Origin: Corallochytrium limacisporum Hawaii
Lineage: Eukaryota > Protista > Pluriformea
Direction of reading: 5' to 3'
NCBI GenBank assembly: GCA_002811645.1
Contig: PDIP01000030.1
Coordinates: 263,177-327,176, forward strand
DNA: 64,000 bases
The notes under the pieces were generated by a model. The model was not told the DNA's origin. It did not search any database and saw only the letters and a list, made by a program, of their open reading frames with translations. Of the stretch, positions 52,869 through 64,000 are shown piece after piece; position 1 is the stretch's first letter, and every line of letters begins with the position of its first letter. A program made the position numbers and the translations under genes.

Positions 52869-54504
52869 GATTAATGGACTGAAAATGTGAACGCGCCCGT
52901 ATTACAGTGTGTTAATGTTCATACTTCATTGCATTTGCCCTGGTCTCCCCAGTTTCCTTCAATTCTTCTACCTGGGAATGAGAGTCCTCGGATTCTAACC
53001 ATTTCCGACAATTTCCCTGGGATCTGTACTTTGTTTCCGTGAGTGTATGGTTGACCTGCCATCGGCTGTAGATTCAAAGAACGCACGTCATTTAACCCCT
53101 ATGGAGTAACCGGGGAAAAACAAACGGCTGCAGGGCGCGAAGGGCTCCTGGGAGCGACCAACAAACCCCCTCTCGGGTCGGAGACCGCCTCTTTTCTTCC
53201 TTCGGTACCATTCCCTCTCAATCGCGGATCGGCACAACACTCTTTACTTACCGCCGATGAAGCGCGCAGGACCATAAATAGGCCCCTAACTTTACGTTTC
53301 GTGCCAGCGTGATGTTTTGTGGTGAGTTCATGGATTGGGCGTTGAAAACCGGCGGGAAAGTATCAAACTTCAAATCATATCATTAGAAAGGTCAGATACA
53401 CGTTTGAAAACCCTATTGGTATCAAACTTCCGGATGTCATGGTCTAAGTGTCTCTGGTCGTGTTGCCCCCTCAGACTCTTGTGGTATGAGTTCAATCAGG
53501 GTTCTCTCCTGAGAGCAGATACCACGTTATCATCAAACCTCAGGATGTCAAAATAACGAATAGTATCCAGCCCGTTGCAGTGCAATGGCAGAGCATGATA
53601 GCCCTAACGTTCTCTTCTTTGCCCTACCTAAGGTCTTAACTTGCAGAGCAGGTTACAACGGACCCACAATTAGATTCCGCTTTAGCGCATCAAGCTGGTT
53701 GTCGTACAATTCGACCGCAAAATGCTCAATGGCGCAGCTGTAATTTGAGGAAGTGTCACGAACGCACCCGCTCCCGGACAGTTCCCCACCTTACCGACCG
53801 AGAAACTGATATGAGTGAGGAAATCAAATGTTTCAATGCTAAAAATGAATAGAGAAGTAATTGTGCATAGAAACCACGCAACTGAACACACACAAGCGAT
53901 GCACGTCAGCGACGTGATGTCAGGAACCATCTATCCAATCTGGAATTTTTTCTTCCCCACTCTGCTTGTCAGCTACATTCCCTGAACAAAGGAGCAAAGG
54001 CAATCGAATTAGGCTGGCGTATGACTCAGCATCTAAGATGCCGCGAACCAGCGACTTCCAAGACCCCAGAGGTCACCACCACCACCAACATACCATCGTG
54101 GTACCAGGAAATTTATACATGCTGCCGGCTCCCCAGCTTCAGGGGCTTGGAACCAAAAATCGCCGCAGTAGTTTACAATTCTATATTACAAACCGAACAT
54201 GTTTGCCAACACCGGGAAGCAAAATTGCCGCACAGATCCCAATACTTGGAAGAAATTCTGTACGGACGATGCCGACTGGGTGGGTCGAGAGATTGCAAGG
54301 AAACACATCATTGGCGGTATCAGCTGGCGGTCTTACCTTGAAAGCCCCGGCAGGATGGGTGGAAGAGAAGAGCGCGGCTTCCCCAAAGAGTACTGTCTGG
54401 TGCCAATAATGGAAATGGTACCGATGAACTGACATCTGACTTGGCGGGTTCGATTTACAGATGCACCAAAACGGAGATGATGGTGAGCATTGTAAAGAAT
54501 GGAG

Positions 54505-54682
54505 TAGGCACGAAGAGGGAGGAATAGAGGCACGAAGTGAGAGGCGTAGAGGCACGAAGTGAGAGGCGTTAGAGGCACGAAGTGAGAGGCGTTAGAGGCA
54601 CGAAGTGAGAGGCGTTAGAGGCACGAAGTGAGAGGCGTAGAGGCACGAAGTGAGAGGCGTTAGAGGCACGAAGAGAGAGGCG
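54505..54682. repeat. Minisatellite: 7 copies of (T)TAGAGGCACGAAGTGAGAGGCG (22/23 bp) plus one degenerate leading copy
   Basis: Units start at 54525, 54547, 54569, 54592, 54615, 54638 and 54660; head-to-tail with no spacers. Confidence 0.95.
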
Positions 54683-54926
54683 ATGTACGAACGGAAAGAA
54701 TAGGTGCTGAACAGACTCTTCGTGTTCTTGCCTGCAGCCACACAGTGCCGCAGAGGCTCGACACATCCCGCGGAGTGTGGTCTTTAACCAAGAAACAACC
54801 ACCGGATTCAGCTCCGAAACGATGATTTGCACCCTAGCGGCAAAACTTCACACACTCCAGAATAGGGAAGGAAGCACATGAGCGTTCCAGAGTAAACCCG
54901 AGACCGTCAAATTTTGCACTGGAAGG

Positions 54927-54934
54927 TATATAAA
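54927..54934 (+). promoter_or_regulatory. TATA box candidate (TATATAAA)
   Basis: Lies 100 nt upstream of an ATG in a perfect ACCACCATGG context. Confidence 0.5.
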
Positions 54935-55026
54935 GAGCACTGATCACAATGATCAAACACTGTAGTGTAATGGATCAATTAGCTTGTGAATGCCTAAAGC
55001 ATCAAGGAATCCACCAAAATACCACC

Positions 55027-56007
55027 ATGGCCCCTTCCACAGCTGCCGTCACTGGCTACATCGATGTCTATAACGCTGCAGTCTCTGAGGCCGGTTCCAT
55101 TGATATCTCGTCCTCCACAGAGTCTATGTTTACTGCTCCCAGCTATACTTTCCCTACGGAAAACACCATTACGACGATGGAACTGGTCGCTGACAATGCA
55201 CAGGATTGTACTCTGCAGGATCAGAGTATAACCTACACTCTGGGCGAAGGAAATAGCCTTGTCTTTGATGTGTCATACAAGTGGTACCCACAGACTCAGT
55301 ACCAGACTGTGGCATCTTGTTCAGCGACCATCAACGGCGTCACTGGTGGATCCGGAAGCGTTTACACCGACCTCGTCACCACTTGGACAATTCCCATGAC
55401 CAACTTTAACACAGACCAATTATGGAACACCACCATTAGCACTTGCACAGCTGATCAATTCATGGAGAACGGTGCCTGTCCTGGTGAGACGTTTCCATGG
55501 GTCCAAGGCGTCTTCAACCGGCCACAGCAAACCGTTACCGGTGCCCTGCACATGATGAACCCCGACGATAGTATTGCTTACCCAGGCGACGGCTTCGTTG
55601 TTGAAGGATACCAATATTGGCCCTCCGAGCAGTGGAACGACTGGAGTTATCCCAGTGTCATGAATTGGACTGCTGATGGTGACATCTGTAGCGGAACCGG
55701 CTCCATTGAGATCGGGCTGGAGATGAACATGGGGGGTCTGATAGTGACTATGGACTGGGCTGTGGACGAGAGCACAACAACCTGTTCACCGAAAATCACT
55801 TCACTCCAGCCCGTAAAGTACTTCCGTGACACCTTCAGGCATAAGAACCTGACCACTCTGTACTCCAAGCTTCTGACTGACCCTACCACTGGCCAACCTG
55901 CCCTCTACGTGAGCACTTGCACCCGTAAAAGTTTCGAGCAGAACGGTACCTGCGATGGTATTGCTGTTGCTGACATTGCCGGTGGTATTAACTGCGATGG
56001 ATGCTAA
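55027..56007 (+). CDS. Hypothetical beta-rich, Thr/Cys/Trp-rich protein made of two about 158-aa repeats
   Basis: Long ORF (open from 54949); the ATG at 55027 has a strong context. Internal duplication STCTADQFMENGACPG / STCTRKSFEQNGTCDG. Confidence 0.75.
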   Translation: MAPSTAAVTGYIDVYNAAVSEAGSIDISSSTESMFTAPSYTFPTENTITTMELVADNAQDCTLQDQSITYTLGEGNSLVFDVSYKWYPQTQYQTVASCSATINGVTGGSGSVYTDLVTTWTIPMTNFNTDQLWNTTISTCTADQFMENGACPGETFPWVQGVFNRPQQTVTGALHMMNPDDSIAYPGDGFVVEGYQYWPSEQWNDWSYPSVMNWTADGDICSGTGSIEIGLEMNMGGLIVTMDWAVDESTTTCSPKITSLQPVKYFRDTFRHKNLTTLYSKLLTDPTTGQPALYVSTCTRKSFEQNGTCDGIAVADIAGGINCDGC

Positions 56008-59000
56008 AGCATGACATTCTCGCGGGACACCCAACTACCCATTGCCAGTGCGCCCCCACTAGTAGACTTTATACATTTTGAGGTTTAGAAAATAGTGAAC
56101 AGCCCTTTCTTGCTAGTACTGGTTATTGAAATTGTCTACATTCCTCCACTTTCCTGATCTTCCTCTCTTCACCACTATAGTCGTGACTTGGTGTCAGGTA
56201 GCATGACTACAATATGGGTGGTGGCTACAATGGCCCTTGTTTTGGAGACCTCGCTTTGGCCAATATAGTCACAGTTTGAAGTGTAGCAACCATGATTGAG
56301 GAAAGGAGAGCTGTTGTCGTGCAGCAGGAATACCGCATAAATGCCCGTACATGGCGTTGTCAAGATGTATTCGATGGCTGGTGACATCAACATTCTCGAG
56401 CAGACGACCTCTTGGCGATGTCACAGACGTGAACGATAATTCTGAAGGCAAAAACCACAGAATCATCACCAGTCACTACTGTAATGGGCCAGGATTAACA
56501 ACGTGGCAACTAAATCTGGAGATATCTTCCTGGCAGCTCTGCCGCCTCCAAAAGTCACTATCCGTGTTGTTGCAGATGGGCATGGCAACGGCAGTCTCTC
56601 TATTGCAAGCAGTTGGAGAGCGGGGCATGTAGAGATGGGATCCGGGCTTAAGGCCTGCAAGGCAACCTCAACTAACGCAGGCCCCACAGCCTTGGAGCAG
56701 AACCGTTTTATGCTGACTGACGTGCACGATCGCTAGCTACCCCAATGTAAAACCCTATCGAGGGAATACTTATTTGCTCCACAAGTGCTTCGACCTCCGA
56801 CGTTCCTACACACGCGCCCTTGGTGGCACTTGCACCCAGGTCGGGAAGAGTTAAATCTGGATTGCCCGTCAACAGCCGCAGAAGCCAGGGAAGTGAGCAA
56901 AAGGTATCGCGTGCAGAATTTGGCTTTGGCCTTCCGATTGTTTGATTAAACTTGTTTCGGCTGTACATAACGCGCTCAAATTCCCTGAATGTTTTGGCCA
57001 CTAGATAGGGATTCCGACTTGGCGCGCCAGGGTGATCGGATCCCAACAAGACAACTTGCATCCGGAGACCAATGCCGGAGACCAGGGGTTCTTCTTGTAT
57101 TTTGCTGAACCTTGTCTTACTCGATTTCTCCTTTCCCTTTGCTTGGTGGTACCAGCTAGTTCCAATTTTTTTTTCTATGTTCCTGTGCATTTTTTAATTC
57201 GCCTTGCCCTGACAATGCAGTCTGAGTTTAAGAAAGCTTTTCCGTTTATTGAACCCGCCGGTCCCGCTCTGCTTGGGGCCAGGGCCTGCCCAAAGTAAGC
57301 CCTTGCACAAGGAATACCATATTAGGAAACGATAGTTCCCTTTATAGGAAGAATATAAAAGTACCCCGCATGCCCCCTTTTTAAGACCTTAGAAGTGGAT
57401 CGTGAGGTGTGGGGAGTTTTTGGGAAGTAGCCAGTGTACCCGTGTGTCACGGTTGCACATACCTCATATTCGGACCATCAATCATTTTTAAAAACATGCT
57501 GTTTAAGCCCGTGGGGTATATCGGGTAGCAAAGACCCGGCCAATCTGGTGCTTACCGAACTCCGGCTGAAATCGATCCCGCACTTTTCTGCAAGTATTCC
57601 CGTGGTTTGGAACATCCGCGTTCAGTCTCTATATGACAGTAACAGTCCATTCTATGAGGATCTTATCGGGATGTACACTCCGTGGGGAATCGAACAATAC
57701 TCCAGTTGTCTTGAGATGCACCAATGATCCCAGCTTGCAAAAAAAGGGTATTCATGAACGTAAGACTGGCTGGTAGATGCGCGTGTTTGCATTGTAGTGC
57801 TTCTCTCAGACGGGACAAGCGTCGGCTGGACAGATGTTGGTGGCTGTGGAATTTAAGAGCGAAGGGCCGCATATATAGCCATAGTTTCACCAGCAGAAGT
57901 AAAACGGACTCCGTGTCCCTGACCCAATTTGCGAATGTCTTTCTCCGTAAGCTTCCGTTCTTTTCGGGAAAGTATAGAATTAAAGTGCCACATGGTGATG
58001 ATTTGACTCACCATATCATCCTCCTTCAACCCCATCCTTTCATTGGAAATTGGTGCTCATAATTTAACCTGGTCATCGAGATTTTCGAATTGACCCATAT
58101 CTGCCCCAAAATGTACATGCAGCTGACTTACCATTTTTCTATAGTATTAGTATGCAATAAAATATTTCACTTCCCACCCAGGCCAAAGAATGACTCTCCT
58201 ATGATTTCTGGGCCGGCTAATCGTAGTGGTATGCACGTAGCGGTATAACATATACAAATATCCTCCAGAAGCTGATCATACCTACCCTCAAGTACATTCG
58301 CCATAGGATATGCAGACTCTAGGTACCTATTTCTCCACCATATTTAGGGGGTTGTGTCACTATCACGTCCATCAACAACCTCTGTAGTAGCCGATGCACC
58401 ACGTTCCGCACTGTGTTATTGTGGACAACGCTTCTGTTTGGTTTCTGTTGCAGTGTACCTAGGTAGCACTGGCACTACTTGGTGTGTGTGTGAGCAGGGG
58501 TAAGGAGGGGTGGCAGAATTATGTGCGACACATACACACCTCTTCACACCCATTCGGACACTTTCACACACTTGCACATGGCAATCCCTTGGCACAAACG
58601 ATGCGATGTATCGAAACAAATATACCTACCTATACACACAGCTTAAAGTGATAATCTATTTTTGCGGATTGACCTGGCCCTTATTTGGAATTTGGACCGG
58701 CCTCTATCCTGGCCCATCCTTTTATCGAGGGCTTAGTCCTTCCTGCGAGAAGGCCTGAAATTAGGATTCTTTTACTATACTGAAACAGTGGTAGCGTGCG
58801 TCCGGAATTAGTGGGATTTCTTATTGGTAGGGTGGTAGCACCCAACAGGAGCAAAATTTGAGAGCGAAAGGTGCAGGAACATGAGAAAGTTTTTTTTTAT
58901 TCCCCCGGCCGCAGCCTGCGGAAGGGGCCATAATACCAGCACATGCAGGCTTGCTCGTTCTGTCAGCCAGATCCGCTTTGGAGAACAACTCTAACACTGC

Positions 59001-59421
59001 ACGCATACAGAATTTCTCGCGCAGTTGAAAATGAACGTTGCCTTTTGGCCCGAAACCCCCTCCGGTTCAATGGGACTGGGGAGGGGATGGGAATGGAGGG
59101 CCCCCAGGGGGGGGAATGGAGGGTAATACCGACATTGAGGTTGGTGCCCGAGTTGTATCTGAGCATTCTGGGTCGTCCAAAACGGCAAGACTCTGATTAA
59201 CTGTTTGCGTCTCCGGTAGCACGTCAACTCATCTATTGACAACAGCCACAATCCCAAATATATGAAGATCAATTATCTTGCCTCTCCATTCATTTCCGTA
59301 TGAGCTATTTCAGGGTCGTCTATGTTTGTAAGTTCAGCCAATTAAAACCGCACTATATCATTGGGTATCTTGAACGTCATTCACTCATCTGAGGAACGTA
59401 GATAATTTTCAGACAATAATC

Positions 59422-59964
59422 ATGAGGATGACGGGCAAAATTGCAATCTTTATTGCTTTACTCGGGGTCGCTGCTGGCAGCGACCCCGAGCTGCAGACAA
59501 AACCGGCCAAAACCTGTCACAACGATCGCGAGTGCGACAAAGCTCATTTCTGCATGCTGGGCCGCTGCCATGTCGGGAAGGAAACAGAAAAAATCTCAGA
59601 TCGGCTATACACTACTGAATATGACCTCTTAGAGGCCAACGATTCGATGGACGACGAGATCATGGCCTCTTCTACCACGACCACTACCACCTCCAGCTCC
59701 AGTTCCAGTTCCAGTTCCAGTTCGAGCTCATCGTCTTCATCATCCTCAACAACAACAACAACCTCTACTTCACCTACTTCATCTGCACCAATAAGCGGTA
59801 ATTCAAGTAGCGGTCTCAGTCCTGGTGCCATCGCTGGTATCGTTATCGGCTCTCTTGCTGGAGTTGGTATTGTAGGATATGGTGTTGCCAAGTATATTCA
59901 GAGAGAGAGGCACACTCTGTACTTCCCACAGGCCCACGAAGCCCACAACCACATCTTGGCCTGA
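59422..59964 (+). CDS. Small type-I membrane/cell-surface protein: signal peptide, 4-Cys module, Ser/Thr stalk, TM helix
   Basis: MRMTGKIAIFIALLGVAAG signal; CHNDRECDKAHFCMLGRC; poly-Ser/Thr; LSPGAIAGIVIGSLAGVGIVGYGVAKYI TM; short tail. Confidence 0.85.
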   Translation: MRMTGKIAIFIALLGVAAGSDPELQTKPAKTCHNDRECDKAHFCMLGRCHVGKETEKISDRLYTTEYDLLEANDSMDDEIMASSTTTTTTSSSSSSSSSSSSSSSSSSSTTTTTSTSPTSSAPISGNSSSGLSPGAIAGIVIGSLAGVGIVGYGVAKYIQRERHTLYFPQAHEAHNHILA

Positions 59965-62266
59965 GCCATGATGAAACGTAAGTTTAAGAATTTGGACTGC
60001 GCCACAGCGTGGGGAAAGGAAATGAAGATGCCGGCCATCCAGATCGTTTCCAAACTTGTAACTGTGTGCTTGGGGGACCAAACATCGTGTCAAATATGTA
60101 TATATCGATATGTAGAATTGTAATAAAGAAACACATGAAGTCATGAACCAGCTATCCATCTTCTCCAGTCACGAATATGGTCTCCTAAAAATCATTCTGA
60201 CGTTTCTGGACTGTGAACAACCAAATCACTGACACCACACCCGCGGAAAGCTTTAACTGAACCCCTCATCGTCATATTAATTCCTTGAGCGGCAAATATG
60301 TCTAGAAATCTACCGGAGTATAGATTTCAAGAATGGGAACGATTAGTTGGTGACCGGCGAAATTAATGAAAATGTTCGCGGTCGATGGGCCACCGCGCCC
60401 TTCCTCTAGTTGTGCAGGGACTTGGTGTGAGAGGGCATTATCGCATCCAATATCGTGTCTTTCTGCTGTTTAAGAGCCGCGGCACTGGGCTACATTTCTG
60501 ATGCCGATCCTACTGAGAACAGTACAAAAATTGACGACACTTCCGATGCGTTTATGAACTGGTTGTACTGGTCTGTGCGCACTGACTAGTATGGTGTTGT
60601 GGCGCAAAGACATGGCAAAGTTCTGCCTGTCTTCCAAATTTGACTACGTAGTGACGGGATGCAAATGTTTCGAGTCGTGAGCCTCCTCTCAAATCTCTGG
60701 TTGAGCCTAATTCCATAAGGATAGGGAGAAGATGAACATGGCGAGCCGTCACACGCCGGCTATCGGTACTCTTCGTCTCCAATGACTCGTTGAGACGGTC
60801 CATGACATCTGATGTCTTCAGTTGTTGCGCTCAGGCCACACACACGGCAGTACTTTCATGTACACGCAGCCGCATTCGTTCAAGTTACAACTGTTTACGC
60901 GTTGTCTATACAGATTTACAAAAAAAGAATGTCCCGTTCACTTGGTGGTTGCCATGCACAGATGTCTACATATTGGGGCAGGACGAAGAGGAACAGAACC
61001 GCACATTCGGTAGGATAAAGAATCAAATGGTGACCTATCTCGGCAAGTCAAACTACCATGGCAAGCACCGGGTTCGTGATAACTCGTAAGGATTTGCTTA
61101 CAGTCCGCAAGATCCGTCACAAGACTGACATTTAACTTGGCTCAATACCCGGGCATGGTCATATTATTTGAAATTGTGTTCCGTGGCTGAAAATTACGCC
61201 GTTACATGTTGCGGGTTTGAGATAGGAGAGAACCTTGCTCGTGGCACTGGCCCGGTGATTAAGGGCCCCACCTGCAATCTTACAGAGTCGGAGGTCGATG
61301 ACAATATGCTACTGCACAATATTGCCGACGGCCCGGGAACTAGAATTACTGCATCAGGTTTCATAATAGTAAGTGTGCGCACCACGGTAGCAGACTTGTG
61401 GAATTCTTCAGTACTCTATCATTTCCCCACAACATAGGACATCCATTACAAAAGATCCATAGATTGCAAGTCTCGCGCTGTTATTTGCCCCGTATTATCA
61501 ACCGCTTTTGTGGTCGCGCTCACTGTTACAACTGAGACAAAATGAATGTCCATACAGTAGAATATTATGTGGTACTTGTGTCTTTGAGTCCGTGTGTTTC
61601 GTCCGTCTTCTCCTTGCATAATTTTCTTTAGCTGGGGCCAACACAGACAGAACAACGGTTCAATTTAAACCAACCCTGTTGATTGTCACCAGGGCCAGTC
61701 ACATTACAGCCAAACATGTGTGATTGCTTTGCGTGCATCACCAAGGCACTCAGGACAACGTACGAGATCTATTTCTAAAGTCAGAGTGGTTAATGAAATT
61801 GACATGGATTTGGTAGTTTACGGTTAGCCTGCCAGGGGAAGGGCGGGGCAAGGGGTTGTAGGCGATGATAGTTGCGTGCCCTTCACGCAAGCTCCTTACT
61901 TTATTCCCGCCTTACTCATCGAACCGAAGGAGGGTGAATCAAGTCTTCTCAGATGGCTCCGTGATGCTATCGTACGATGTCACTGTATACGCCATAGATC
62001 ACAAAAATTCAATCTCTTCACCCCGATTGATGCCAGAACTTATCCGAAAGTCGATCCGCGGACAGTTAACACTCCCAGCCAAATCAGGTCCGCTTCTTTG
62101 GAAACAAGCCGACTCCAAACTGAAAGTGAGAGCATGAAAATTAGAACGATTGAGTACCCGAGGAACAACATTCACCATAGCTATTTAAAGATCTTGATCA
62201 GGAGCTGAGAAAGATCAGAAAGTGGTCGAAATAGAACTCAGTCTAAAACTTCAAACCACTAAAGCA

Positions 62267-62692
62267 ATGACATGCATAATTTTCTCAACCGCCTTGGCTG
62301 CTCTGGGCACGGTCAACATGGCCTTAGCTATCGCTGTGCCCGATGGCACTGTAAATTCGCCCTCATGCCCTACTCAAGATGAGTGCTATGAACAATGCTA
62401 CCCGCAGCATCAAGAGTACTGCTGGCAAGACGATAACCATTGCTACCACTGCCAAAAAGACAGCGCCGTGCCCAATGGCACTGAAAATTCGCCCTCATGC
62501 CCTACTCAAGATGAGTGCTATGAACAATGCTACCCGCAGCATCAAGAGTACTGCTGGCAAGACGACAACCATTGCTACCATTGCCAAAAGGACAACGAGC
62601 TCCTTGGCTGCATGAATAATGCCGAGTGTGAACTCGTGTGCGTAGCGACAGGTTGTAAAGAAGAATCAAACGGTTGCTGGACTTGCAAATAA
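62267..62692 (+). CDS. Secreted Cys-rich peptide precursor with three 6-Cys modules
   Basis: Signal peptide MTCIIFSTALAALGTVNMALA; two near-identical 44-aa repeats plus a divergent third module. TATTTAAA at about 62182. Confidence 0.85.
   Translation: MTCIIFSTALAALGTVNMALAIAVPDGTVNSPSCPTQDECYEQCYPQHQEYCWQDDNHCYHCQKDSAVPNGTENSPSCPTQDECYEQCYPQHQEYCWQDDNHCYHCQKDNELLGCMNNAECELVCVATGCKEESNGCWTCK
62333..62593 (+). repeat. 132-bp tandem coding duplication
   Basis: 62333-62464 and 62465-62593 are nearly identical. Confidence 0.95.
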
Positions 62693-64000
62693 AGTCTAAA
62701 GAGTACGGCAATTCCCGCGCTCTTTTGCAAGCAGGTAGGCAGAAGCTTTGTCTGCATCTGATGTCATGGTGGATACATCTGGACCAAAAGTTAAGTCGTG
62801 AGAAGTTAGTATGATATGACAAATGTCCTCATTCGTGGGCGATCGGCGTGAAGTATTCTCTACCCAGCAAAGGCATGGATGACGAGACACGCATGGGTAG
62901 CAGATCGTTCAGTACCGATGTCCTTTGGCTCCCAAAAGAAGGTACATTAGTGTCCAAGAGTACCCAAATGTGGACCATAATTGCTACCGTCGTATATGAC
63001 TCAGGGGTTCAATGAATAGCATTCAGTACACAATCAACCAGCATTACAGCTCATATCTTGTTAAGCTACACCACAGAACTAGGTACGGTTCTAAGTCATG
63101 AGCGCACTTGGAGTGTATGAATCCTGGATGCTCACTACCAAAATCGGCTAAGTGATGCTGTTGGGTCTCCGCAAACAACCATGAGCGCTCTCTGATCCAG
63201 ATCACTGGTCTATTCCCGCGCACATGACAGCGGAACTGGGTCATGCGCAACCTACACCACTCTTTCCGCAATTGCTCGTGCAGCATAGTTGTACTTTCCA
63301 AACACGACAGAACCACATTTACGTACTGTTCAAGTCGCTGAGTGGGAGTAGCCCTTTTTCAGCAGCGCATCCACTGAATGAATGGACATAGCTACTGAAG
63401 AACAGCGCGCACCCCCTGAAGGACACCTGAGTGGCCAAGACGGCAAATTGTGGCCGCGGCATCCTTAGGCCGCCCAAGAAAACGTGCATCGCTCTTACAA
63501 ACCGGCCCACATATGGCCAGAATCCATAGATACAGACGGGTTAGGCCGTCAACACCCCATGCTACCAGATGCGGTCCATCGCTCCGTCAGGATGGAGGGA
63601 TCGGAAGAATTTGCGAAATAGGTATGGAGACCACCTCTAGTCGGATGGCATACAACTTGCAAGAGAGCCAACCAAGAGTACGATCTATTGGACCCCCTTC
63701 TGCCGATCTCCTCTTCTCCATCAGAAAATGATACCACTACCAACCTCTGTTCAATAAAAAAGTGCAGAATTTCGAAAAACCGGTGTTCAACAAAAATTTG
63801 CACAATTCGTGATTGTTAGCCCAAGCGTGTAACGCCATCATATTTCGATATGTTAGGGAAAACAAATAAATCATAAAGCTTGAATATATTTGATCATATG
63901 ATTCAAAAAATAAATATCTCAGCCAAAATCAAGCCGTTTGACATGGTTTGTGCTGTCCGTTCGCGGCGGTTGGTGGCCTTCGAGATCACTTAATCTCTTT

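Noticed and set aside
53361-53550. Degenerate repeats ATCAAAC(T/C)TC..GGATGTCA
   Set aside because: Only 2-3 short imperfect copies; minus-strand translation has stops; no function supportable.
53966-54432. Three overlapping + strand ORFs
   Set aside because: None has recognisable domains or clear coding bias.
54505-54682. CRISPR array
   Set aside because: Repeats are contiguous with no unique spacers, there are no cas genes, and the context is eukaryotic.
61194-61385. NDK-like motif RTLTIMKPDAV in a short minus ORF
   Set aside because: The rest of the frame has no NDK similarity; likely chance.
63044-63316. Kinase-like LADFG in a 90-aa ORF
   Set aside because: No HRD, Gly-rich loop or APE motif recognisable.

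Overview
This is a eukaryotic nuclear window, most likely from a compact-genome unicellular eukaryote. The animal-like gene set and total lack of coding introns would fit a unicellular holozoan/opisthokont relative such as Corallochytrium, but that assignment is only a guess. It holds 18 supportable protein-coding genes (about 35 kb of CDS), all readable as single uninterrupted ORFs. In order: an otubain-like OTU protein, a plant-type C2 phospholipase D, a membrane IRG/Era-like GTPase, RPL39 (missed by the ORF track), a Cdc123/R2K-like ATP-grasp protein, a polyQ CCR4/nocturnin-family EEP nuclease, an aromatic amino-acid decarboxylase, an SLC35F6-like transporter, an HNH-like orphan, VWA8, a BTB-like/WD40 protein, mitochondrial uL3, UQCC1/Cbp3, MAU2/Scc4 and APEH. 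From about 53 kb on, a gene-poor accessory zone carries a 22/23-bp minisatellite and three small Cys-rich or surface-type proteins. The most striking pattern is gene architecture. There are no introns in coding sequence, but the leaders between homopolymer-rich promoter islands and the ATGs contain short intron-like units (GT...CTGAC/CTAAC-(0-5 nt)-AG). Several have a GTCA donor and they are stacked upstream of RPL39, suggesting splicing confined to 5' UTRs. Promoter islands repeatedly carry poly(C)-poly(G) palindromes. All family calls come from motif recognition by eye; no database search was run.
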